From Acidobacteriota bacterium (GTDB taxonomy: Bacteria > Acidobacteriota > UBA6911 > RPQK01 > JAJDTT01), in assembly GCA_965209055.1 (NCBI GenBank), contig OZ242374.1, forward strand, positions 3,264,001-3,328,000: a stretch of 64,000 nucleotides of DNA, in the 5' to 3' direction. Position 1 is the first letter of the stretch, and the number at the start of each line of letters is the position of its first letter. The position numbers and the translations under genes are program-made. Below are positions 49,186 to 60,800 of the stretch, piece by piece. The notes under the pieces were generated by a model. The model saw only the letters and a list, made by a program, of their open reading frames with translations, was not told the origin of the DNA and made no database searches.

Positions 49186-51939
49186 TCACCTGAAGGAGAC
49201 GCTGTAGAGCCGGGCGTGACCCTTCAGCCGAAAGCGGAGCCGAAGCGGGTCTCCTCCCGTGGGAAGAATGAGCTGTTTGCCTCCATAGGGCCAGTAGACC
49301 GGGACCGCCAGGCCGTCACCGGTCACCGCGTTGCTCCGGGTCACGATCCGGTCTCCCTGCAGCAGTTCCACCTGAATCAGGCCCCGGCCACGGTAGAGTC
49401 CCGTTGCGTTCAGCTCCAACTCCAGGGGCGCCCCCGTGGGCTTCAGCGGAATCGTGGTCCAGGAGCCGGATCCGGATCCTTCCGCCACCGACAGGCTGAC
49501 GAACCCGTCCCGGCGGATGGTGGCCAGGCCGGTATGCATGGGGGTTTGGATCCAATCGTGGAACCATCCGATGGTGGTCGCGCTGCCGGAGTAGTAGATC
49601 CAGGATTCGCCGTCGACTTCCAAGGGGACGTTCACGGGCGAAACCCAGCCGGCGTCCCAATCCCCCTCCGGGCCCAGTTCGATCACCGGCTGTCCGTCGA
49701 AGACATGGACGAAATTGAGTCCGTCCCGGCTGACGATGAGCTGCTGGGGCATCCGGTGATCGGGGCCCCAGAGGTCGAACATTCCGGGATACATGCCGGC
49801 GTCCAGCCAGACCGAGGTCAGGTGCTGCTCCGCTTCCAGGCCGGCCCGGGGGAACATGTTGGGGTTCCTGGGATCGCTGGTCCACTCCAGCAGGTCGGAG
49901 CTCCAGTAGACGCAGGTCATCCGGACCCAGCGGTAGGTCTCTCGCGCGCAGTGGGAGTACACCTTCCATCTCCGCTCCGGATGCTTCTCCAGGGTGTCGT
50001 AGAAGAAGTTGCGCCGGTCGCCGAACGACATCCGGACGCGCCCTCCGTGGGTCCAGTGAATGCCGTCGGAAGAATAGAGGAGGGGATTGCCCCGCGTGGC
50101 CACGATGGCCTTGTAGCGGCGTTCCGGATTGGTCTCCCGGTCGTCCTTGATCACCATGGGCATGTAGGCGCTGTTGCCTTCCCCGCCCATGTCCATGATG
50201 TTGTTGGCCTTGGACCCCTTGTATTCCACCTGGTTCAGATTGGGTTTGACCCATTTCACCCCGTCCCGGCTCTCGGCGTACCCGACGTAGTGAGGCGACC
50301 GCTGGTTGGCCGCGTAGTCCCGGGAGAGGCCCGAATACCACATCCGGAAGCGGCCCTCGTCGTAGAGGACTTCGCCGTAGGCGTGGGCCCGGAGATCGTC
50401 GAAGCTGCCCGGAGGTCCGGTTCTCAGCACCGGGTTGGCCGGATGCTTCTTCATGGGATGGAGGCTCTCGGCCACTCCGTCGGCGGCGCCCACCTCCAAC
50501 ATGTCCAGGAAGAGCACCTTGCGGCCCGGTTCCACTTTGAGATCCGGGACCGCCATCCGATCGAAGAAGATACCCCCACCGGTGGCGTCGGTGGCGGCCA
50601 GGGTCATGCCCAGGCTCCCGGAGCCCGGCGACATCTGCTTCTGGACCGTGTGGAAGTCGCTCAGGGCGGGTCCCGCGGACAACTCGTTGGTATGAATGTT
50701 GGTGGCCTCTTTGTGAAGCAGCGGGTCCCCGGCCAGGGTCCGGCTTTCGTAAGGAGCGCTGAACCGGGTTCCCAGCCAACGCGAATAAAAGGTGTGGCCG
50801 CGCGTCGAATTGGACCAGAAGACCCAGGCGACGCCGTGTTCGTCGCGGGCCAGTTGGGGGCGGTGGAACTTGTCCCGGCCGTAGTGCAACGGCTTCCGGG
50901 TCCAGTCCCGGCCGTCGAAATAGCAGTAGAGAATGATGTGCTCCGACTTCTCGAAGACCACCAGCGCCCGTTCGCCCCAGCCGACCACGCTGTAGTTGAC
51001 GAAGCCGGTCCCGCTCCAGGGGCCGTGAGGCAGGATTTGGGTCAGGTCCCGGTCCTCGGCGAACGATCTGGCCAGATCGGGGATCTGGAGATAGTAGAGG
51101 AGCCAGGAGTCGTCCCGGGAGAACGCCATGTGGAGAGTGCCGCCGGGGTCCAGGTCCATCACCGGGGCGCGGAAGGCGCCCGGAAGGGTCAGGACCTTGC
51201 GGGTCCAACCGCGGTCCGACGGGGTGGCCATCCAGATCTCGTCCGACTCCTTGCGTCCGTTGTGGCGGTCGTACGCGACTCCGCCGTCCTGCAGGCGCGA
51301 GTGGCCGTCCGAGACCGGCGACGCCTGACTGTAGGCAATCCAGAGCCGCCCCGCTTCGTCGATGGCCAGGTCCCCCATTCGAGGTTCCTTCGCCGCGTCG
51401 TCGACCCGCCGGGCCGGCGTCCAGTTGGCGCCGTCCTGGATCTTGCCGGACGCGCCGGCCCCCGAGACGTCGCAACGGCTGTACCAGATGGCGTCCGGAC
51501 CGGTGCCCTGCCAGATCAGGTGCAGCACGTCGTCTCCGTCGAGGACGAAGCTCACCGCGCTGGCCTCGCCTCCAGCCCCTGTGATCCGATTCTGCGGGGA
51601 CCCTCCCGCCAGCGGTACGGGCGAGTGAAAATCGCCGGCAAACTCGGGGTCACCGCTCTTGGAGACGGCCAGATAGATGGTCCTGCCGCCCGAGGACTTG
51701 CCGTCGTAGGCGGCGAACCAGAGCCCTGCCTGGTTCCGCCCGATCTGCCGTCCGTTGGAGTGAGGGAAGGGAACGGCGCCTCCGCTGCCCCCGACTTTCA
51801 GGGTCACCACCGCCGGCACGGACTCCGCCAGCAGAAGCATCGAAAACACAGAGGCGACCAACCAGGTCCAGCCGGCCGGTTTTGCCGTATTGCGTTTCCC
51901 GTGCCCGGTTGCAGGATGATGGGAATCGGTAAGCACCAT
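49186..51939 (-). CDS. Large secreted beta-propeller / glycoside-hydrolase-like protein
   Basis: Signal peptide; KHPANPVL, FRMWY, YAESRDG..W.KP, S.DG..W/F blades, G.WD.G, W.YYSG, GLA..R.DGF. The track's 1648-aa ORF includes a spurious upstream extension. Confidence 0.72.
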   Translation of the reverse strand: MVLTDSHHPATGHGKRNTAKPAGWTWLVASVFSMLLLAESVPAVVTLKVGGSGGAVPFPHSNGRQIGRNQAGLWFAAYDGKSSGGRTIYLAVSKSGDPEFAGDFHSPVPLAGGSPQNRITGAGGEASAVSFVLDGDDVLHLIWQGTGPDAIWYSRCDVSGAGASGKIQDGANWTPARRVDDAAKEPRMGDLAIDEAGRLWIAYSQASPVSDGHSRLQDGGVAYDRHNGRKESDEIWMATPSDRGWTRKVLTLPGAFRAPVMDLDPGGTLHMAFSRDDSWLLYYLQIPDLARSFAEDRDLTQILPHGPWSGTGFVNYSVVGWGERALVVFEKSEHIILYCYFDGRDWTRKPLHYGRDKFHRPQLARDEHGVAWVFWSNSTRGHTFYSRWLGTRFSAPYESRTLAGDPLLHKEATNIHTNELSAGPALSDFHTVQKQMSPGSGSLGMTLAATDATGGGIFFDRMAVPDLKVEPGRKVLFLDMLEVGAADGVAESLHPMKKHPANPVLRTGPPGSFDDLRAHAYGEVLYDEGRFRMWYSGLSRDYAANQRSPHYVGYAESRDGVKWVKPNLNQVEYKGSKANNIMDMGGEGNSAYMPMVIKDDRETNPERRYKAIVATRGNPLLYSSDGIHWTHGGRVRMSFGDRRNFFYDTLEKHPERRWKVYSHCARETYRWVRMTCVYWSSDLLEWTSDPRNPNMFPRAGLEAEQHLTSVWLDAGMYPGMFDLWGPDHRMPQQLIVSRDGLNFVHVFDGQPVIELGPEGDWDAGWVSPVNVPLEVDGESWIYYSGSATTIGWFHDWIQTPMHTGLATIRRDGFVSLSVAEGSGSGSWTTIPLKPTGAPLELELNATGLYRGRGLIQVELLQGDRIVTRSNAVTGDGLAVPVYWPYGGKQLILPTGGDPLRLRFRLKGHARLYSVSFR

Positions 51940-52131
51940 CGTTGGGCTCTCCTGAAGATTATTGATCTGACGCTCGGTGCCGGAAGGATCGTACCAGAGA
52001 CCGTTCGGGGACGGGATTCGGTTGCCCCAAACCTCAGTGAGTGAAGGAGATACCTTTTGGGTCCGTCCACAGCAGGCCGGCCGCCGGCTTTTCCTCCGTC
52101 CGGGACTTGGGTTATATTTCCGGGAGTTTCC

Positions 52132-54489
52132 ATGAGTCGACCTCTGCTTTCCCTTATCCTGTCGTTGGTTCTGGTCCTTCAGGGAATGGCGCCGCTGGAA
52201 GCGGCGGCGCGGGCCAAAACCGGCGACGGCGACGCCTTTCGGGATTCGGTCCTGCCCTTCTTGAACCAAAACTGCGTCGGTTGTCACAACCGCCAACTGA
52301 AGACGGGCGGCTTGGAGTTGGACTCCTTTCCCGAGTCCGGTACGGGTCCGCGGGAGCCGGCCCTCTGGAAGCAGGTTCGGGAGAAGCTGGTCCGCGGAGA
52401 GATGCCGCCTCCCGGCCAGGACCGGCCCGAGCCCAAGGCCGTCGAGGCGGTGCTGGCGTGGATTCGAAGCCTTGTGGGGGACTCGGCCGATGCTCGCGGT
52501 GATCGACGGCCCGACCCGGGACGCGTCACGGCCCGGCGCCTGAACCGGGCGGAATACGACAACACCATCCGCGATCTGTTGGGCGTCGATCTGAAGCCCG
52601 CGGCCGACTTTCCGGCGGACGACTCGGGTTACGGCTTCGACAACATCGGAGACGTCCTCTCGCTGCCTCCCATCCTGATGGAGAAGTACATGGCGGCGGC
52701 GGAGCGGATCGCCGAAGCGGCCATCGTGGCCCGGCCGCCGGTGGAGGCGACCCTGGTGAAATACCTGGCGCCCCGGGAGGCGGAGATGGAGGGATTCTTC
52801 CCGGCCGGGGACTACCGGATCGATCACGAATTTCCGGCCGCAGGCGAATACGAGCTCCGGGTCCGGGTCGTGGACCGCCGCTACCGGCCCAAGAAGGATG
52901 AGCCGCCTCCGCCCATGCCGGCGAACGGCATCATGGCGGTCTCCTTCGACGGCAACCGGATGAAGACCTTCGAAGTGGAACCGAACGTCTACGAGCGGGG
53001 GACCTTCGACGTCACCCTGGACGCCGGCGCGCGAAAGCTGGAACTGTACGCCCACTTCCTGTCCGACGGCATGGAGAACATCCCCGAGCCCGTGGACCGG
53101 GACAACTCCTACAAGGGAGAGCGGAAACTTTTCGTGGACAATTTCCTGCTCCTGGGCCCCCTGAAGGCGCGGCCGCTTCCCGTGACCGAGAGCCACCGCA
53201 GGCTCATGACCTGCGGCGACGCGGACGGCGGGTTCCAGCCCGATTGCGCCCGCCGGATCTTGGAACGATTGCTGCGCCGGGCCTACCGGCGACCGTTGCG
53301 GGAGGGCGAAGTCGATTCGGTCCTGCGGCTGGTGGAGATGGCCTGCAAGGAGGGCGATTCCTTCGCCGAGGCGATGCGGGTGGCGGTTCGGGCGGTCCTG
53401 GTCTCCCCCCACTTCCTGTTCCGGATCGAGCGGGACCCCGATCCCATCGATCCTGATCTGGCCCACGAGATCGACTCCCACGAGCTGGCGGCCCGGCTCT
53501 CCTATTTCCTCTGGAGCAGCATGCCCGACGACGAGCTGTTCCGCCTGGCCGACAGCTCGGAACTGGCCGAAGCGGCGGTCCTGGAGGCTCAGGTGCGCCG
53601 CATGCTGGCCGATCCCAAGGCTCGGGCGCTGGCTGAAAATTTCGCCGGGCAATGGCTGGAGCTCCGCAACCTCGACGAGGTCCGTCCCGACCCGGACCTT
53701 TTCCCCGACTTCGATGCCCCCTTGCGCGCCTCCATGAGGCGGGAGACGGAACTCTTCTTCGAAACGGTCCTGAACGAGAACCTGAGCATTCTCGAGTTCC
53801 TGGATGCCAGGTTCAGCTTTCTCAACCAGCGCCTGGCGCGCCACTACGGGGTCGAAGGCATCGCGGGCGACCACTTCCGGCGGGTCGAGCTCGACGGCCT
53901 CCAACGTGCCGGGGTCCTGACCCAGGCGAGCATTCTCACGCTCTCTTCCTACCCCACCCGAACCTCGCCGGTGCTCCGCGGGAAGTGGCTGCTGGAGAAC
54001 ATCCTGGGGACGCCGCCGCCCGACCCTCCTCCCGGGATTCCCGAGCTGGAGGCGGAGAAGGTGGGATTCGAGGCAACGTTGCGGGAACAGTTGGAGCAGC
54101 ACCGCTCCAACCCCGGATGCGCCTCCTGCCACATCAAGATGGACGCCCTGGGGTTCGGACTGGAAAACTACGACCCGGTGGGCGCCTGGCGAACCCGCCA
54201 GGGGAAGTTTCCCATCGACTCGGCCGGAACGCTCCCGGGGGGACGGTCCTTCACCAACCCTTCGGAGCTTCGCGCTATTCTGTTGGAGGACCGGAAGGAC
54301 TTCGCTCGCTGTCTGACCGAGAAGATGCTAACCTACGCCCTAGGACGGGGACTGGAAGAATACGACCGGCCCGCCGTCGACAAGATCCTCCTGGGGTTGG
54401 AGCAGGACTACTACCGATTGTCCCGTCTGGTGTTGGAAATCGCCAACAGCATGCCGTTCCGGATGAGGCGGGGAGAGGAAGAAAGATGA
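52132..54489 (+). CDS. DUF1587/1595/1592/1588/1585 cytochrome c protein
   Basis: CVGCH and CASCH; RRLNRAEYDNTIRDLLG, LVSPHFLFR, ARLSYFLWSSMPD, TSPVLRGKW, YALGRG. Confidence 0.92.
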   Translation: MSRPLLSLILSLVLVLQGMAPLEAAARAKTGDGDAFRDSVLPFLNQNCVGCHNRQLKTGGLELDSFPESGTGPREPALWKQVREKLVRGEMPPPGQDRPEPKAVEAVLAWIRSLVGDSADARGDRRPDPGRVTARRLNRAEYDNTIRDLLGVDLKPAADFPADDSGYGFDNIGDVLSLPPILMEKYMAAAERIAEAAIVARPPVEATLVKYLAPREAEMEGFFPAGDYRIDHEFPAAGEYELRVRVVDRRYRPKKDEPPPPMPANGIMAVSFDGNRMKTFEVEPNVYERGTFDVTLDAGARKLELYAHFLSDGMENIPEPVDRDNSYKGERKLFVDNFLLLGPLKARPLPVTESHRRLMTCGDADGGFQPDCARRILERLLRRAYRRPLREGEVDSVLRLVEMACKEGDSFAEAMRVAVRAVLVSPHFLFRIERDPDPIDPDLAHEIDSHELAARLSYFLWSSMPDDELFRLADSSELAEAAVLEAQVRRMLADPKARALAENFAGQWLELRNLDEVRPDPDLFPDFDAPLRASMRRETELFFETVLNENLSILEFLDARFSFLNQRLARHYGVEGIAGDHFRRVELDGLQRAGVLTQASILTLSSYPTRTSPVLRGKWLLENILGTPPPDPPPGIPELEAEKVGFEATLREQLEQHRSNPGCASCHIKMDALGFGLENYDPVGAWRTRQGKFPIDSAGTLPGGRSFTNPSELRAILLEDRKDFARCLTEKMLTYALGRGLEEYDRPAVDKILLGLEQDYYRLSRLVLEIANSMPFRMRRGEEER

Positions 54490-55838
54490 TCACCGGGAAA
54501 CATTTGCACCGAAGGACCTTTCTGCGCGGATTGGGAACCGCCGTCGCGCTCCCCATGCTAGACGCCATGGCGCCGGCGTTCGCCAGCCGGGGCAGTGATC
54601 TGGTGGCTGCCCCCTGCCGTCTCAGCTTCGCCTACGTGCCCAACGGCATCATCATGGATGGCTGGACGCCGGCGGCCGAGGGGGCCCGGTTCGAGATTCC
54701 GGAGATCCTGAAACCTCTGGCCTCGACCCGCCAGGACTGGATGCTGCTCTCGGGCCTGACTCAGAACAACGGCCGGGCCTTGGGCGACGGACCCGGCGAC
54801 CATGCCCGGGCGGCGGCCTCGTACCTCACGGGAGTCCATCCCAAGAAGACCAAGGGTGCGGACATCAAGAACGGCATCTCGGTGGACCAGGTGGCGGCTC
54901 AAGCCATCGGCGATCGGACCCGGTTCCCCTCTCTGGAACTGGGAGTCGAACACGGCCGCATGGCCGGGAACTGCGACAGCGGCTACAGTTGCGCCTACAG
55001 CAACAGCATCGCCTGGCGCGGCGAGACCAGCCCCCTGCCTCCCGAGGTGAATCCGCGGCTGGTCTTCGAACGGCTCTTTGGCGCCGCGGACCGGAACACG
55101 GATCCCGCCTACCAGGCCAAGCAGCGCCGCTACCGCAGGAGCATCCTGGATTTCGTGCGGGAAGACACACAGCAGTTGAAGAGCCACCTGGGGCCCACGG
55201 ATCGGAGAAAGCTGGACGAGTACCTGCACGCTGTCCGTGAGATCGAGAAGAGAATCGAGCGGGCCGAGAACGAGGTTCAGGTGGCCCCGCCCAGTCTGGA
55301 CCGGCCGGCGGGGATCCCCATCGACTATGCCGAGCACGTCCGGTTGATGTACGACCTGCAGGTGCTGGCCTTCCAGACCGACATGACCCGCATCATCACG
55401 TTCATGTACGGCATGGAGGGAAGCAATCGAACCTACCGGGAAATCGGAGTCACCGGCGCCCACCACGGCTTGACCCACCACCAGGGGAATGAGGACAAGA
55501 TCCGGGACATCACCAGGATCAACCAGTATCACATCGAGCAGTTCGCCTACTTCGTGGACCGGCTCCGCTCCACGCCGGACGGCGACGGCTCACTGCTGGA
55601 CCACTCCATCATCGTCTACGGAAGCGGCCTGTCCGACGGCAACGCGCACACGCATAACGATCTGCCGGTGCTGGTGGCCGGGCACGGGAACGGCAAGCTG
55701 CATCCGGGCCGGCACCTTCGTTACGCCGACGAGACTCCCATGACCAACCTCTATCTCTCCATACTGGACCGGGTCGGACTCCAACCCGAGTCTCTGGGGG
55801 ACAGCAATGGAAGGTTGGGGGAGCTGACCGAACTCTGA
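54486..55838 (+). CDS. DUF1552 family protein
   Basis: HRRTFLRG.G...ALP.LDAM, YVPNG, SVDQVAA, CDSGYSCAY, HH..HH, SLLD.S...YGS. Confidence 0.92.
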   Translation: MITGKHLHRRTFLRGLGTAVALPMLDAMAPAFASRGSDLVAAPCRLSFAYVPNGIIMDGWTPAAEGARFEIPEILKPLASTRQDWMLLSGLTQNNGRALGDGPGDHARAAASYLTGVHPKKTKGADIKNGISVDQVAAQAIGDRTRFPSLELGVEHGRMAGNCDSGYSCAYSNSIAWRGETSPLPPEVNPRLVFERLFGAADRNTDPAYQAKQRRYRRSILDFVREDTQQLKSHLGPTDRRKLDEYLHAVREIEKRIERAENEVQVAPPSLDRPAGIPIDYAEHVRLMYDLQVLAFQTDMTRIITFMYGMEGSNRTYREIGVTGAHHGLTHHQGNEDKIRDITRINQYHIEQFAYFVDRLRSTPDGDGSLLDHSIIVYGSGLSDGNAHTHNDLPVLVAGHGNGKLHPGRHLRYADETPMTNLYLSILDRVGLQPESLGDSNGRLGELTEL

Positions 55839-55862
55839 CGCGTCAGACTCGCCGATCCGGAG

Positions 55863-56708
55863 TCAGTTGTCCGGATTGATCCGGACGCCCCACTTCTGCA
55901 AAGCGGTCAGCTGCTGGTCTTTGGCGGAGTCGCTGAGAGGGTTCCCCTTCAGGTAAAGGCGCAGGAACGGGGCGAAGCTCTTCTCGCCTTCGGCATCTTC
56001 CCGAACCATCTCCACCAAGGGGCCGAGGTCGGCGATCTTGTTGTCCTCCAGGAAGAGCATGCTCAATTCCTTCAGGCCCTTGAGCGGCGAGACGTCGCTG
56101 ATGCCGCACCCGCGCAGATCCAAGGTGGAGACCCAGCGCAAACCGCCCAGGACACCCATGTTCCGGAGGGGATTTCCACCCAGATAGAGGGACCACACCT
56201 TCTGGAGATCCTTCAGGGACGTGATGTCGGCAATCTGGTTGCCGGCCAGGTAGAGGGCGTTGAGGTTGACCAGCTTGGCCAGGGGCGCCACGTCGGAGAT
56301 CTGGTTCTGTGACAAGCCCAGATATTGAAGCTTGGTGAGTTCGGCCAGCGGGGAGAGGTCGGTGATCCGGTTGCCGGAGAGATCCAGGGACTGCAGGTTC
56401 TCCAGCGCCTTGACGGGACCGATGTCGATGATCTGGTTGTCGGAGAGGTCGACCTCGCCCAGATTGATGCAGAATTCGAGGCCGGTGAGATCCTTGATCT
56501 CCTTGCCCTTGGCTTTCAGGACGTAGACCTTGGTCGCGTCCTCCTTGCTCAGAGGCTCCTCGGTGTTCCGCTTCTCGAACACCTGGGTCCGGACCGCCGC
56601 CTCCAGATTCTTGTCCGGAAATACGCTCTCCTGCGCCGCAGTGGGCGCCAGAGCCGAAAGGCCCACCAGCAGCGCAGCACTCAGGCTGACGAAAAAGTGA
56701 CGTCCCAT
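55863..56708 (-). CDS. Internalin-like leucine-rich repeat protein (secreted)
   Basis: Signal peptide, FPDKNLEAAVR cap, 22-aa LxxLxLxxNxIxDxxPL repeats. Confidence 0.9.
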   Translation of the reverse strand: MGRHFFVSLSAALLVGLSALAPTAAQESVFPDKNLEAAVRTQVFEKRNTEEPLSKEDATKVYVLKAKGKEIKDLTGLEFCINLGEVDLSDNQIIDIGPVKALENLQSLDLSGNRITDLSPLAELTKLQYLGLSQNQISDVAPLAKLVNLNALYLAGNQIADITSLKDLQKVWSLYLGGNPLRNMGVLGGLRWVSTLDLRGCGISDVSPLKGLKELSMLFLEDNKIADLGPLVEMVREDAEGEKSFAPFLRLYLKGNPLSDSAKDQQLTALQKWGVRINPDN

Positions 56709-56826
56709 CGCCAAAGACCTCCTTTCAGGCCGAGTCCACCGAGTCTCACGGGGACGGCCCAACTGCGGGGGATTGTAGCAGACCTTCAGGAGGGCTTCGT
56801 CGCCAGTTTCGACACCGGCCGGTCTC

Positions 56827-57657
56827 ATGCCGGAATCAGCGTCGAATCCGTTCCTTCAACGGCTGGGCCGCGTCTGGTATAAGAAATCCCCTCCGGAGGC
56901 GCTCTTGGCTGGAAAGAAGATCACACTCGTCGACGATCGGGACTGGCCTCAGGCGGGGTTCGGTTTCGAACTCCCCATTCGCCGGAAGTCGTGCGCCCTG
57001 GGCGTGATCGACGTTCAGCACTACGCTTTGGACAGCGAAGGCGATCTGGCTCACACCGTACGAGCCGGAGGCAGTCCGGTCTTCCGGGATTTCTCGATTC
57101 AAGCGGAGCGGATGGTGGCCAACATTCGGAGGCTGCTCGCCGTCTTCAGGGAACTCGGCCGGCCGGTGGTCTACACGCGCCACGGCGCCTTTCTACCGGG
57201 CGGCCCCGATCTCATCGTCCGGCGGCGGGGACGCGAGGAGGTGGCGCACTCTGCGGGAGACGGATCGTCGGGACATATGGCGGTCCGCGGCGACTCGGGA
57301 CATGAGATCCTGGACGAAGTGGCGCCCCGCCGGGGAGAGCTGGTGCTGGACAAGAACACCAGCAGCGCCTTCCACAGCTCTCCCATGGATCTGCTCCTGC
57401 GCAACATGAAGGTCCAGACGCTGGTCCTGACCGGCCTGGCGACGGACCAGTGCGTTCTGGCCACGGCCATCGACGCCGCGGACCGGGGATTCCACGTCAT
57501 CATGGCCGCCGACGCCTGCGCCGGATTCGACGCCGGCAGCGCCGAGGCGGTGCAGATCCTCTTCGGCCGGGTCTGGGGCTACGTCATGCAGACGGAGGAC
57601 ATCATCCACTGGCTGCGAACCGGAGAGAAGCCGACCCGCACCCGCTTGCCGGCGTGA
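56827..57657 (+). CDS. Isochorismatase / cysteine hydrolase
   Basis: VIDVQ (Asp), DKNTSSAF (Lys), GLATDQCV (Cys), DAADRGF. Confidence 0.92.
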   Translation: MPESASNPFLQRLGRVWYKKSPPEALLAGKKITLVDDRDWPQAGFGFELPIRRKSCALGVIDVQHYALDSEGDLAHTVRAGGSPVFRDFSIQAERMVANIRRLLAVFRELGRPVVYTRHGAFLPGGPDLIVRRRGREEVAHSAGDGSSGHMAVRGDSGHEILDEVAPRRGELVLDKNTSSAFHSSPMDLLLRNMKVQTLVLTGLATDQCVLATAIDAADRGFHVIMAADACAGFDAGSAEAVQILFGRVWGYVMQTEDIIHWLRTGEKPTRTRLPA

Positions 57658-57827
57658 CCAAACCATCCTTCCCGTGTACGTCTTCCGTGCGGATCACCCT
57701 TCGAGGGGACAGTGGATTCTCCAACGGCAAGTGGTTGTCGGTATTCGTCTCCAAGGGGGTCCGGGTGGTATTCTCCAACTCACATGGGATGTGTTGGGGC
57801 GCACCCTGATCACACCATTCTTCTGTC

Positions 57828-60800
57828 GTGCCGGTCGACGGGGGAGTCTTCTTGATCCATCTCCTGCTACGTCCCGGTTTGAGCCCAGTTGTTGCCTGGT
57901 GGCTGTTTTTCGTCCTGTCGTCGGCGCAAACGGGTGGCCCACTGTCAGAGGATGTTCGCGGGCCGGCGGACGACCCGATCGCCCGACCGGCGCAGCAGCC
58001 GGGGGAGACGGTTCTGTATTTCCCGGATTACGTGGACGGGGGCGGATGGTCGGTACAGGTGGTCCTCAGCAACGTCGACCCGGACGCCGCAGCCGAAGTC
58101 CGGATTGAAGTCTACGACCCGAACGGCCAGGCAGTGCGGGATCTGTTCGGCTCGGAATTGACGTTTGAGATCCCGTCCCTGGGCAGTCGGGTCTGGAAGA
58201 GTGCCGGCTCAGGGGCCATTCGGCGGGGTTGGATCCAAGTCGGGACCGATTCCCCCTCAGTGAGTGGACTGTTGACCTACCGGGACGCCCGATCGGGGGT
58301 CGAAGTCGGCGTGAAGCCCGTCGAGTTGGGATCTCAATTCGCGCTGTTCGTGGAGGACTCGCCGAGTGTCGGCGCCGGAGTCGCCGTTTTCAAGCCTGAC
58401 GACTCGTCCCGCCTCGAGCTTCGCGTCCGGGACGAGGCGGGGAACGACCCGTTGGAGGGAGGGTTCGTTTCCAGGGGAGATTTCCACCAGGTCGCGAACA
58501 CGCTTCCGGAATGGTTCACAGTGCAAGGAGACGATCCGGGATTCCTGGGGGACTTTCGGGGTCTCCTGTTCCTGGAGACCGAAGAGGAATCTCCCTTCGC
58601 CCCGGTGGGGCTGCGGTTCGGGAAACGGACCTCGTCGCTCTCGGCGGTGCCGGCAATCCGGACCCAACGTGAAGAACCTCAGGAAACGGATCTGCTCTTC
58701 CCCGACTACGTGGATGGAGAGGGATGGTCGGTGCAGTTGGCCCTCAGCAACTTCGACCCGGACGCCGAGGCCGAAGCCCGGGTGGAAGTCTACGACGCGG
58801 CTGGCTCGCCGGTCGCGGATCTGTTCGATTCTGATTTGACGCTGGAAATCCCCTCACTGGGCAGTCGAGTCTTGAGAAGCGCCGGCTCCGGGGCGATCCG
58901 GCGGGGTTGGATCCAAGTCCGGACCGATGCGGCTGCCGTCAGTGGACTGTTGACCTACCGGGACGCCCGATCAGGGATCGAAGTCGGTGTCGAGCCCGTC
59001 GGGTTGGGGAAGGAATTCGCGCTGTTCGTGGAGGAATCGGGGACCCTGGGGGCGGGACTGGCCCTCTTCAAACCGGAGGCGGGGTCCGGGATCGAGTTGA
59101 GATTTCGCGACGAGGAGGGGAACGATCCGTTGGACGGAGTGTACGTCCCATGGAGAGATTTTCATCAATCGGCGCAGACGCTCACGGAATGGCTCGACGT
59201 CCCCGGAGTGGATGCGGAATCTCTGGCCGATTTTCGCGGCCTCCTGTTTCTGAGAACCGGGGATGAATCCGGGTTCGCCCCGCTGGGCTTGCGGTTCGGG
59301 AAGAGAACCTCGTCGCTCTCGGCAGTGCCGGCGATCCGAATCCTGGACGGGAGCGGGATCGACGGCGGGAATGCTCCCCCGCCGACGGTAACGATCTCGG
59401 CCTCTCCCACATCGATCGATCGGGGCGGGAGCACGACGTTGACGTGGTCTTCCACGAGTGGGGAGAGCGCGGAGATCACCCCGGACGTCGGCGAGGTGCC
59501 GACTTCGGGCACGCTGAAGGTGACGCCGAACGCCACGACGACCTACCGCATCATGGTGACGGGAGCGGACGGACAGACGGCCTCGGCGTCGGTCACGGTG
59601 ACGGTGGCCGTTTCCGAGCGGGCGGCGCTGGGAGCGCTGTTCGATGCGCTGGGCGGATCGGGTTGGACCCGAAGCGACAACTGGGGGACGGGAGCCCCGC
59701 TGGCGGATTGGTACGGGGTCGAGGTCGACAGCCGGGGGCGGGTGATCGAACTGCGGATGGTTGTCTCGATCGTCGATGAAGACGGAAGATCTCAAACAAC
59801 AGGGATCGGATTGACCGGAAAGATCCCGCCGGAACTGGGCGCGCTCTCCCAGTTGAGAGTCCTGGATCTCAGGAGCAACCAACTGACGGGGCCGATCCCG
59901 CCGGAGCTGGGCCACCTGTCCAACCTGACGAGCCTGTACCTTGGTAACAACCAATTGACCGGGCCGATCCCGCCGGAATTGGGTCGCCTGTCCAATCTGA
60001 TGTGGCTGAACCTTAATGACAACCAGTTGACAGGGCCGATCCCGCCGGAATTGAGCGGCCTGTCCAATCTGAGGGAGCTGTACCTATTTAATAACCGGTT
60101 GACGGGATCGCTCCCGGCGGAATTGGGCGGCCTGTCCAATCTGACGAGGATGTACCTTCGGAACAACCAGTTGACAGGGCCGATTCCGCCTAGCTTTCTG
60201 AATCTGGAACTCGACTATTTTGATTTTCTCGACAATGCAAATACGGGTATCTGCGCCCCCGGCACGACCGGTTTCGTCAGATGGCTGCGGGGGATGGAAC
60301 AATACAATGGATCGTACTGCAATGAGTCCGACGTGGCCGTGCTCAAATTTCTGTACCGCGCCACCGGCGGTGCGGAGTGGACGAACTCGGGAGGCTGGCT
60401 CGGGGACGGCGCGGCGAGCGAATGGCACGGGGTCAGCACCGACTCCCTGGGATGGGTAACGGGACTCGACCTGAGTCGCAACGGACTTTCCGGTCAGGTC
60501 CCGGGACGCTTGGGAGAATTGGAGCATCTCACCGGCTTGCGGATCGACGGCAATCCACTCTCCGGACGGTTGCCGCTTTCCCTGGCGCGCCTTTCGCTGC
60601 GGGAGTTCCGCTACGGGGACACCGAACTGTGCGCACCGGTGGACGAGTCGTTCCAGGCCTGGCTGAACGCCATTCCGTCACACGACGGCACAGGCCGGAA
60701 GTGCATGCCGCTGACGGACCGGGAAATCCTGGCGGCGCTCTACGACGCGACCGGTGGGCCGAACTGGATGCAAAGCAATAACTGGCTGACGGACAGTCCC

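Noticed and set aside
48586-52044. 1152-aa plus-strand ORF
   Set aside because: Antisense shadow of the minus-strand genes, common in high-GC DNA; no motifs.
49186-54132. 1648-aa ORF as one giant protein
   Set aside because: The first ~730 codons are the antisense shadow of the DUF1592 gene; the real protein probably starts near 51939.
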